Shown one piece after another: positions 40,528-48,741 of a stretch of DNA of 64,000 nucleotides (position 1 is its first letter; every line of letters begins with the position of its first letter). The notes under the pieces are model-generated. The model was not told the DNA's origin. It worked only from the letters and a program-made list of their open reading frames with translations, and did no database searches. This DNA is from Pseudomonadales bacterium (GTDB lineage Bacteria > Pseudomonadota > Gammaproteobacteria > Pseudomonadales > GM7GCV1), in NCBI GenBank assembly GCA_965204215.1, contig CBDBDZ010000013.1, forward strand, positions 1,165,606 to 1,229,605, read 5' to 3'. The position numbers and the translations under genes are program-made.

Positions 40528-41774
40528 ACTTTCTTGATTTGTTCGCAGGTGCTGGAGGACTATCAGAAGGCTTTATTCGAGCAGGGTTCAATCCTATTGC
40601 CCATGTTGAATCTGATATTGCAGCTTGCTTTACTCTCAAAACCCGTGAAACCTATCATTGGTTAGTATCCCAACAAGAAGAACAACACTATATTGATTAT
40701 TTATATGGAAAAATAAATCGCTCGGATTTATACAATTTTTTACCCAAAAATCATGTAGGAACTGTTATAAACACAGAAATAGGTCAGAACCAACTCGGAA
40801 ATATATTTGATAAAATTGATTCTATATTAAACGGTAAAAAAATAGACTTAATCATTGGAGGACCTCCATGCCAAGCATATTCTGTAGTTGGAAGATCACG
40901 AGATGAAAACCGTATGAAAGGTGATTCTCGAAACTTTCTATATATTTACTATGCCCAATTTTTAAAGCAATATAAGCCCAAATTCTTTGTATTTGAAAAT
41001 GTTAAAGGATTGTTGTCCGCTAAAAACACACAGAATATAAGCTATTTTGATGAAATGCGTACACTTTTTAAAGAGTGTGGTTATGAAACTGAATTCATGA
41101 CTCTTTCAGCTGAAGAATATGGAGTCCCTCAAAAGCGAAAAAGAGTAATTTTAGTAGGTAGAAGGGGTAAGAAAAAAAATTTCTATCCGGAACCCATCAA
41201 GCTATCCCCTCAAGCTTTAGTTGAAGAAATTTTTTCTGATTTACCGTCAATAAAAGCTGGAGAAGGGAGTGTTACACCATGCAAAGCTAAGTTTTATGAT
41301 AGAACTTGGTTATACGAATCAGGAATAAAAAATGACGTCTATCCAATTACTTGGCATCAATCACGTCCTAATAAGAAACAGGATTTGGAAATATATAAAA
41401 TTGCTGTTAAGTTATGGAATAAGAATAAATATAGGCTCAATTATAATAATCTCCCCAACAGATTAAAAACTCATCAACAAAGAACTTCTTTTTTAGATAG
41501 ATTTAAAGTCGTCGCATCAAATAACCATTATGCACATACTGTAGTTGCTCATATATCAAAAGATGGACATTATTATATTCATCCTGATATAAAGCAAAAT
41601 CGTTCATTAACGCCGAGAGAAGCAGCTAGATTACAAACTTTTCCTGATAGTTATTTTTTTGAAAGTATTACTGGAAAACCTGCTAGAACTCCTGCTTTTC
41701 GCCAAATAGGTAATGCAGTACCTGTTCTTCTTGCACAAAAAATAGCTGAAAAACTTATAGAGAACTGGTCATGA
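40524..41774 (+). CDS. DNA (cytosine-5)-methyltransferase
   Basis: All canonical C5-MTase motifs are present: I (LDLFAGAGGLSEGF), IV (GGPPCQAYS), VI (ENVKGL), IX (RSLTPREAARLQTFPD) and X (QIGNAVPV). Confidence 0.95.
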   Translation: MNFLDLFAGAGGLSEGFIRAGFNPIAHVESDIAACFTLKTRETYHWLVSQQEEQHYIDYLYGKINRSDLYNFLPKNHVGTVINTEIGQNQLGNIFDKIDSILNGKKIDLIIGGPPCQAYSVVGRSRDENRMKGDSRNFLYIYYAQFLKQYKPKFFVFENVKGLLSAKNTQNISYFDEMRTLFKECGYETEFMTLSAEEYGVPQKRKRVILVGRRGKKKNFYPEPIKLSPQALVEEIFSDLPSIKAGEGSVTPCKAKFYDRTWLYESGIKNDVYPITWHQSRPNKKQDLEIYKIAVKLWNKNKYRLNYNNLPNRLKTHQQRTSFLDRFKVVASNNHYAHTVVAHISKDGHYYIHPDIKQNRSLTPREAARLQTFPDSYFFESITGKPARTPAFRQIGNAVPVLLAQKIAEKLIENWS

Positions 41775-43936
41775 CTAAAAATAATGATACTTTTAAAATC
41801 AGACCTGCTGGTCGTCACATATTAACCATTGGCAGGGATTTAATTCAAGATGTCCATTCGGCTATTATTGAACTAGTCAAAAATGCTTATGATGCTGATG
41901 CAACTAGGGTCAATATTTCACTTTCGCCAAACCCTAACGAAAAAGGATATGTAATTACTATTTCTGATAATGGGCATGGAATGAGCAGAAATGTAGTAAT
42001 CAATAAATGGATGGTTCCATCTACTGACGACAAACTCAAGAGAAAGGAAAGCCCAAATGGACGAATTATGCAAGGCCGTAAGGGCATTGGACGCTACGCA
42101 GCATCCATTTTAGGAAATGACTTGTTACTAGAGACAGTAACTCCCAGTGGAGAAAAAACAAGTCTTTACATTGAATGGGATAGTTTCTCAGAGGCTGAAT
42201 TCCTTGATAATGTTGAAATATTAATTGAGTCATCTAAATCCGTGGATAAATGTGGCACGGCGCTAACAATTAATAGTGATGATTCAAGTGGGTCTGAATT
42301 TAATGAAAAAACCTTTAAAAAACTTACCGAAGAACTACAAAAACTAATCCCTCCTTTTGAAGAAATTTCTAATGAAAAATTTGAAATCAGGATTGAAATT
42401 CAAGGCTTTGGAGAGGAAACAGATAGAAATGAAATTGTTCAATCTTTTCCAATTTTCAAGCTATTTGATTATAAAATTGTAGGATCTGTAACTAATGATG
42501 GAACAGGCATACTTAAATACTCACAACAGAACGCCAAAAACTCAGTCACTGAAGAAATAGAAATTAAGGTCGCAGAAAGGACTAACTGTGGTAACTTATA
42601 TTTCGATATTCGTGTATACGATAGAGAACCTGAAGCAATCGGCGCACTTGTTGGTAGAGGTTTGAAAGATCAATTTTCAAAGCAATACGTTGGCAAGCAA
42701 GAAGCAAAAAACATTTTAGACCTACATAATGGTATTGGAGTATATAGAAATGGCTTTAGAATAAGACCACTTGGTGATTCTGACTATGATTGGTTGAAGT
42801 TAAATAAACGAAGAGTTGATAACCCGTCTATGCGTATTGGTACTAATCAGGTAATCGGCTATGTCCTTATTGAAAGAGAAGAAAGTTCACATTTAATTGA
42901 AAAAAGTGCTAGAGATGGTCTAATCAATAATTCAGCTTTTAAAATGCTTGTAGGAGCTACAAATAAAGTTATTGGAGAGCTTGAGGCAAGACGATTTAAT
43001 TACAGGTCTAAAGCAGGGTTAAGTCGAAAAACTTTAGAAGTCGAGAAAGATATAGAGAGATTATTTTCATTTGATGAATTAAAATCAGGTATTAGAAAAT
43101 CTCTGTCTAATTCTGGTATTGAAACAAAGGCAATTCAAGAAGTATTGTCGTTAATCAATCAAAGTGAAAAACAAAAAAGCGAAGCTGTAACTAATATTCG
43201 AAAGACAGTCGCTTTCTATCAAGGTCAGGCTACTCTCGGTAAAATTATGAGCATAGTATTACATGAAGGAAGACAACCCCTTAGCTATTTTAGAACACAA
43301 ACAAGAAGTTTTAATGATTGGCTTGATAAGTATAATGAGAGTGGAGACATATCAATTTTGATTAAACTAAAGGAAAAAACTAGAGGCTTGAGTGAAAATG
43401 CAATAATTTTTTCAAAACTATTTTCTCGTTTAGACCCTCTAGCAGTTGGGAAAAGGTCCCCCCAAAAATTATTAAATATTTACTCTTCACTCAAAAAAAT
43501 TGCATCAATTTTTGAAAGCAAATTAAGTGAATCAAATATCGAGCTAATTATACAAGGGGATAAAAACATTTCTGATAACTTCTGGGAACAGGATTTGTAT
43601 TCAATTTTTACGAATCTAATCGATAATAGTATCTATTGGATTTGCGAAAAGCGGTGTTCTGTCAGAAAGATAGAAATTATTATTAAACCTCAGGCTAAAC
43701 AAACCTTCTTTATAGATTATCAGGATAGCGGTCCTGGAATTGAAGCAAGTTTGATTGAAAGTCAGGTTATCTTTGAACCACATTTTTCTACTAAACCAAA
43801 TGGTATGGGGTTAGGTCTAGCTATCGCTGGTGAATCAGCCATTAGAAATGGATACGAATTAGCGGCATTAGAATCAGATTTTGGAGCATATTTTCGAATA
43901 CAACAACAAGAGGTATTCACTGATGAGTATTTGTAA
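41771..43936 (+). CDS. Dual-GHKL protein: N-terminal MORC/MutL-like ATPase (HATPase_c_3-type) fused to a histidine-kinase core (DHp plus CA)
   Basis: The N-terminal region has IELVKNAYDADATRV, ISDNGHGMS and GRKGIGRYAASILG. The C-terminal region has an H-box (IVLHEGRQPLSYF), an N-box (IFTNLIDNSIYW), G1 (QDSGPGI) and G2 (PNGMGLGLAIA). The ATG overlaps the dcm stop (ATGA). Confidence 0.8.
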   Translation: MTKNNDTFKIRPAGRHILTIGRDLIQDVHSAIIELVKNAYDADATRVNISLSPNPNEKGYVITISDNGHGMSRNVVINKWMVPSTDDKLKRKESPNGRIMQGRKGIGRYAASILGNDLLLETVTPSGEKTSLYIEWDSFSEAEFLDNVEILIESSKSVDKCGTALTINSDDSSGSEFNEKTFKKLTEELQKLIPPFEEISNEKFEIRIEIQGFGEETDRNEIVQSFPIFKLFDYKIVGSVTNDGTGILKYSQQNAKNSVTEEIEIKVAERTNCGNLYFDIRVYDREPEAIGALVGRGLKDQFSKQYVGKQEAKNILDLHNGIGVYRNGFRIRPLGDSDYDWLKLNKRRVDNPSMRIGTNQVIGYVLIEREESSHLIEKSARDGLINNSAFKMLVGATNKVIGELEARRFNYRSKAGLSRKTLEVEKDIERLFSFDELKSGIRKSLSNSGIETKAIQEVLSLINQSEKQKSEAVTNIRKTVAFYQGQATLGKIMSIVLHEGRQPLSYFRTQTRSFNDWLDKYNESGDISILIKLKEKTRGLSENAIIFSKLFSRLDPLAVGKRSPQKLLNIYSSLKKIASIFESKLSESNIELIIQGDKNISDNFWEQDLYSIFTNLIDNSIYWICEKRCSVRKIEIIIKPQAKQTFFIDYQDSGPGIEASLIESQVIFEPHFSTKPNGMGLGLAIAGESAIRNGYELAALESDFGAYFRIQQQEVFTDEYL

Positions 43937-44927
43937 AATTATTGTTATTGAAGATGTGCAGAGTCAACTTGATCTATTCTACAGTACCATTTCTGACTTG
44001 AAGGAATTGGACTCAATAGAAATAGAACTTGAATCAGCACGAAACGTAGCAGAAGCGTTCAAAAAAATTGATGGTACTTTCGACGGAGCAATAATTGATA
44101 TGAAATTAGAAAAAGAAGAGCAAGGTGGATTAACAATAATCCAAGAAATAAAAAATAGATTTTATAGACTACCAGTAATTATTCACACAGCGACTCCAGA
44201 TTCTGTTGAAATCAGAGGTTCTGTCATTAATGTTTGTAAACGAAGTGAAATCGATATCAAAGATTTAATCTTAGAGTTATATTATTTATACAAGACAGGG
44301 ATAACTCAAATAATGGGTGGAAGGGGTCAAATTAATCGTGCCTTATCAGAAGTTTTTCAGAATAACATATTGCCTAGAAGAAGTTCTTGGGTTAACTATG
44401 CAAAAAATAATCAAAATACTGAAAAAGCTCTACTTCGCTACACTCTCAATCACTTACTACATAATCTTGATGACAAAAATGAAACATTCTTTCACGATGA
44501 AGTATATCTTTTGAGCGAAGAACTTCATACTGGAAGTATAGTAAGAAGAAAAGATATTAATACCTTGTTTGTCATATTAACCCCATCGTGTGACATGATT
44601 AAAAATCAAGATGGCATTAGAAGAACTGACACAATACTTTTAGCTGAAATTGAACCTTTTGCTTTCAATGAAAACGACAGCAGGGATGAAAAAAATAGAA
44701 AGGAGTCTAAAAGGAAAAACCAAACAAATTACTGTCACTGGCTTCCTCCTAAAGAAGGTTTACTTGATAGTGGGCTTATTAACTTTAGGAAGTTATATCA
44801 CCATGATTCTGATAGTTTTGAAAATAATTTTGTGTCAAAAAATTTACAGATATCTCAACCTTTTGTTAAGGATGTAATCTCTAGATTTTCATCATATTAT
44901 GCTAGGCAAGGACAACCCCAGTTATAA
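43923..44927 (+). CDS. Receiver (REC) domain protein with uncharacterised ~200-aa C-terminal domain
   Basis: The start was set to the ATG at 43923 (MSICKIIVIEDV), which overlaps the kinase gene by 14 nt. REC residues are present: ED in IVIEDV, the phospho-acceptor D in GAIIDMKL and T in VIIHTAT. No HTH or any known output domain is recognisable after about residue 125. Confidence 0.75.
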   Translation: MSICKIIVIEDVQSQLDLFYSTISDLKELDSIEIELESARNVAEAFKKIDGTFDGAIIDMKLEKEEQGGLTIIQEIKNRFYRLPVIIHTATPDSVEIRGSVINVCKRSEIDIKDLILELYYLYKTGITQIMGGRGQINRALSEVFQNNILPRRSSWVNYAKNNQNTEKALLRYTLNHLLHNLDDKNETFFHDEVYLLSEELHTGSIVRRKDINTLFVILTPSCDMIKNQDGIRRTDTILLAEIEPFAFNENDSRDEKNRKESKRKNQTNYCHWLPPKEGLLDSGLINFRKLYHHDSDSFENNFVSKNLQISQPFVKDVISRFSSYYARQGQPQL

Positions 44928-44968
44928 TTTATATGGCACTCAAGAATACTAAAATTAGTACACGTTGA

Positions 44969-46069
44969 GTGCCCTACCAAGTCATTAAAACCATAAAAGG
45001 TCGCTCTTATTTGTATGAGCAGGAGACTTTTCGCGAGGGACAAAAGGTCAAAACGGTTAGTCGTTATATTGGTGCTTGCGACGGTGCTGGTAAAGCAACA
45101 TCCAAGGCAGTTCAACTAGCTATCACTGTACCACCTGAAGTCAAAGAAAACGATTCCCAAGCAAAATATGTTAGCGAAGAAAAGCCTCAGCCACCAAAGT
45201 TAACACTACAAATTACTACTGATTTGAAAGGCAATCATATCAGCCAGCCAGCGTTGGAACGTAACTACGATGATATTACTCATCAGATGCAGAGACAAGA
45301 GATTAAAGCCGAACATATCAAGCCTTTGGTTTTGGTAAAAGGCTTTAGTTTCAAGTACAAAAGCCTTAGGAAGCAGAACAAAATCAGTATTCCCAAAGCT
45401 AATGTCCGCGGTACTCGTGCTAAGGTCTGGCGCAGTTTTCACCTTGCCAACGCACACTCGTATCTCGATGGGTTACAGAAAAGTGATCCACAACGCTTTA
45501 CGGGTCTTCAGCAACATTTAGAGACATCCTACCGAAAGCAGAATAAAGCCATTGCCGCCCACATTATGAACAGCAACCGCAAGGACGTCTATAATATAGG
45601 GTTAACACTACATTTTATGTATTCTAAAATGGTGAGTGCTTGGACGCAGAGAAAGTTTCAAGCGGAAAACTTTGGACTGTCGAATTACGAAGACCGTTCC
45701 AGTTGGCGCGATGATGCAGCGTTGCTGATGGCAGAGATTCAAGCTGATGGCTGGCATCACTGTTACGACAAGTATCAACAAGAATTACTGCGTACTGAGC
45801 GTGCTTTGTTTCGGCAAATAACGAACTATCGCAAAGCTACTTTTCTCGACCGACTTAGTGGCAAGCGTGCCAAGCTGAAAAGAGCTTGTCTGCGAGCTAA
45901 TGCACGTCGTCGTGCGTTGTTTGAAACCTGTAATAAAATTTCGGTACTTTCATCGTTATACCACGGTTATAAGAATCAGTATCTGAATGGCAATGAACCT
46001 TTCACTCATGAACAAAACTGGCAAATAGCTCGTCAACGATACCGAAAAAAGAATAAATCAAAGCGATAG
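44969..46069 (+). CDS. Hypothetical basic protein
   Basis: 366-aa ORF with a GTG start, 41 nt after the REC gene. The N-terminus is YQVIKTIKGRSYLYEQETFREGQKVKTVSRYIG. The remainder is helical and Arg/Lys-rich, with the tail RQRYRKKNKSKR. No family recognised. Confidence 0.5.
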   Translation: MPYQVIKTIKGRSYLYEQETFREGQKVKTVSRYIGACDGAGKATSKAVQLAITVPPEVKENDSQAKYVSEEKPQPPKLTLQITTDLKGNHISQPALERNYDDITHQMQRQEIKAEHIKPLVLVKGFSFKYKSLRKQNKISIPKANVRGTRAKVWRSFHLANAHSYLDGLQKSDPQRFTGLQQHLETSYRKQNKAIAAHIMNSNRKDVYNIGLTLHFMYSKMVSAWTQRKFQAENFGLSNYEDRSSWRDDAALLMAEIQADGWHHCYDKYQQELLRTERALFRQITNYRKATFLDRLSGKRAKLKRACLRANARRRALFETCNKISVLSSLYHGYKNQYLNGNEPFTHEQNWQIARQRYRKKNKSKR

Positions 46070-46579
46070 TAAGTCTCTATCCGAAGTCATTATTCATTAC
46101 TAAATATTGGTGGAAGCACAGCGAAAAATTTGATTTACCCTGTGCTAAATTTTTTCAGATACCCGCGTTAATTTTTTTCTCCATGCCTATTTTCTATTTG
46201 ATAGACCACACCCCCCGCGACGACGGACGGTGCAGCGAGCGAGCTGCGGAGGCCGCTGGAGCGATGACGAACGAATGATGACGGGTAGGAAGAATGAGTA
46301 AGGAAGAGTGACAGTGGAATCCGAAGTTCGATTCGATGAATCGTACGGAGGATGCTAATTAGAAATGAGGTGTTAAGTTATTGTTTTATTGAATCTATTT
46401 CGCCTTTCTAGCACAATGACGGATACAAGGTCTAATACATAGGGTGCCAGCTACGTGAAAATAGATGAAGCGTTTGAAAAATCGCTCAAAACTATTCTTA
46501 AAGATTCGGGTTCAAACCGCTCATCAGGTTTGAACATCGGTAATTTTACTATTGCCGAGAGTACCGTTTTACAACTTAG

Positions 46580-48159
46580 CCCGCATATTTCATAAAAAAA
46601 GTACGGTGCTTGTTTAATGCGTTATAATTCAATGTGTTAAGTCAAAATTATAAGCCAAGCACCGATGACAGATTGTACCTCAACTTCTACTTACTTTTCA
46701 CCTTTAAATCGCCGTCAAATCGAAACTCAATTTAGTGGTGGCGATATGACCAGCGATGCTGGTGTTTTATTGCTCAGAGAGCTTGATAAACACTTATGTC
46801 TAAGCAAGCAAGTGGCATCGGTATTTCCCGATACCCGGCACAGCAGTTATGTGAAACATTCACTGCAGAGTTTGATTCGTCAACGCTTGTATAGCTTATG
46901 CATGGGTTACGAAGACCTTAACGATCACGAGACCTTGCGACACGATAAGGCATTACAAACGGCAACGGAAGCTGATCAAGTACTGGGAAGCCAGTCGACA
47001 TTGTGTCGATTAGAACAATCATTTACTGCGCAATCAAACATTGCCATTCATGACGTATTGTTGAACCTATTTATTGATTCGTTTGATAGTGCCCCAGAGG
47101 AATTAATTCTCGACTTCGATGCCACTGATGATCGCGTCCATGGTACGCAAGAAGGTCGCTCTTACAATGGTTATTATCGGCATTATTGTTTTTTACCCTT
47201 GTATGTATTCTGCGGTGAACAACTGTTGGTCAGCTATCTTCGACCCAGTAATATCGATGGCGCGAAGCACAGTTGGGCGATTCTCAGTTTGTTGGTAAAA
47301 CGGTTGCGTAAACAGTGGCCTAATGTCAGAATCATTATACGTGGCGATAGTGGGTTTTGTCGGCATCAAATGATGAATTGGTGTGAGCGTCATGATGTTG
47401 GTTACGTGCTGGGCATTGCAAAAAATAGCCGAATACTAGAGATGCTGTCACCCTGGATTGATGCGGTCAATGAACAATATGAACGATCTGGAAACCCCTT
47501 GCGCTGGTTTACTCATATCCAGTATGCAGCTCAATCATGGTCGCGTCAACGCCGTGTCATCGCTAAAATTGAACATACTGGAAAAGGCATGAACCCGCGA
47601 TTTGTGGTGACGAATTTATCGGGCGAACATCAAGCTATTTATGAGGATCTCTATTGTGCCCGTGGCGAAATGGAAAACCATATTAAAGAACAGCAACTCG
47701 ATATGTTTGCTGACCGAACGAGTTGTCATCACTGGTGGCCTAATCAATGGCGACTGTTGTTATCGTCACTGGCTTATGTGTTGATGGAGCGACTACGTCA
47801 TCACTGCTTAAAAAGCACTGTTTTTGCCCAATTACAAGTAGGAACCATACGCCTTAAATTACTCAAAGTGGCTGCCGTTATTTTATCCAATACCAGGCGT
47901 ATACGCTTACTATTACCCAGCGCATATCCTTATCAAGATATCTTCGAGTTGGTCGTCGCCCGGCTTAAACCTGGATAAGACTGTAAAAAGTGCTGCCCCG
48001 GCACGAGAACAAACAATGGGGGTAAGGGGGAGTTATGTCTGAAATTCGGGCAAAGAGCATATTAAGCTACGTATTCAACAAACTTAAACTAAATTAAAGC
48101 AGGATAATCCAACTTCACCTTAAACTCGAAGTTATTTGTAGGTTTATGAAATATGCGGG
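46580..48159 (+). mobile_element. IS1380-like element, copy C (intact)
   Basis: 1580 bp with the same ends as copies A and B. The flanking tetranucleotides differ: TTAG at 46576-46579 versus CTAG at 48160-48163. Confidence 0.9.
46665..47978 (+). CDS. IS1380-family-like DDE transposase
   Basis: 437-aa ORF identical in sequence to the product of 34597-35910. Confidence 0.85.
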   Translation: MTDCTSTSTYFSPLNRRQIETQFSGGDMTSDAGVLLLRELDKHLCLSKQVASVFPDTRHSSYVKHSLQSLIRQRLYSLCMGYEDLNDHETLRHDKALQTATEADQVLGSQSTLCRLEQSFTAQSNIAIHDVLLNLFIDSFDSAPEELILDFDATDDRVHGTQEGRSYNGYYRHYCFLPLYVFCGEQLLVSYLRPSNIDGAKHSWAILSLLVKRLRKQWPNVRIIIRGDSGFCRHQMMNWCERHDVGYVLGIAKNSRILEMLSPWIDAVNEQYERSGNPLRWFTHIQYAAQSWSRQRRVIAKIEHTGKGMNPRFVVTNLSGEHQAIYEDLYCARGEMENHIKEQQLDMFADRTSCHHWWPNQWRLLLSSLAYVLMERLRHHCLKSTVFAQLQVGTIRLKLLKVAAVILSNTRRIRLLLPSAYPYQDIFELVVARLKPG

Positions 48160-48163
48160 CTAG

Positions 48164-48380
48164 GCAGTTTATCAACGCCAAATATACTCAGCAAAACTTC
48201 ATCATAACGAAGCCAATCAGTATGAATAAAACGACTAGCTCCAGTCCACAGACTCAACCAGAAGCCAAGAATAATATGTTTAGGATTGTAACCCCTGTTG
48301 GATTCAGGTTGTGGTAATAAATCATCGACAATTAAGTCGATAAAACCGACTTTATCGATGAATTTCTTAAGTAGTGTCAT
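48164..48380 (-). pseudogene. N-terminal remnant of another DDE transposase (IS1380/IS4-like), truncated by IS1380-like copy C
   Basis: MTLLKKFIDKVGFIDLIVDDLLPQPESNRGYNPKHIILGFWLSLWTGASRFIHTDWLRYDEVLLSIFGVDKLP resembles transposase N-termini. The last residues of the ORF-track product (SPHIS*) are read-through into the IS end. Confidence 0.4.
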
Positions 48381-48741
48381 GCCTCTAATGGTGTCACTTT
48401 CTTCGAGGAGTAAACTATTGGGAGCTCTTTATTTATATCAATAATTTCAATACTTTAATCTCTTTATTCACTCATGTATAGCCCAATTGATTTTTTCTAA
48501 TGCATAATCTGGGTTCAATTTTCTCAGTATGCTCTGTCAGCCATTCATGAACAATTTTGACATGTACCACTCAAGTTAAACTGGACAAATGATTGACAAT
48601 TCCAAAATGTAGTATTAAGCTGGTCGGCGAGGTGTTTATCTTCACCAAACATCAAAATACCTCAATTAAAATATAAAAAATATAAAACAGAGATTTCCTT
48701 AAATCTTAAATATTTATTAAAACTTCCATAGATTGCAAATT

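Noticed and set aside
43881-43922. Upstream extension of the REC ORF (MEHIFEYNNKRYSL...) given in the ORF track.
   Set aside because: These codons lie entirely inside the 3' end of the kinase gene in another frame. The REC beta-1 strand begins right after the ATG at 43923, which gives a typical 14-nt coupled overlap.
46510-46535. Perfect 9-bp hairpin GTTCAAACC-GCTCATCA-GGTTTGAAC left of IS1380-like copy C.
   Set aside because: No T-run follows, so it is not a convincing terminator. It is isolated, has no repeat partner, and lies within degenerate sequence.
34416-48159. IS1380-like copies B and C (inverted orientation) as a composite transposon or inversion endpoints around the radC-to-REC segment.
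   Set aside because: The two halves of IS630 copy 3 on either side of copy B are collinear and rejoin perfectly, so no inversion has occurred through copy B. The outer flanks (TTAG and CTAG) do not match as a composite-transposon duplication would.
48580-48625. Fur box or promoter upstream of the TonB-dependent receptor.
   Set aside because: AAATGATTGACAATTCC matches the 19-bp Fur consensus poorly. A TTGACA-17 nt-TAAGCT promoter-like arrangement (48593-48621) exists but its -10 element is weak. Neither was strong enough to list as a feature.
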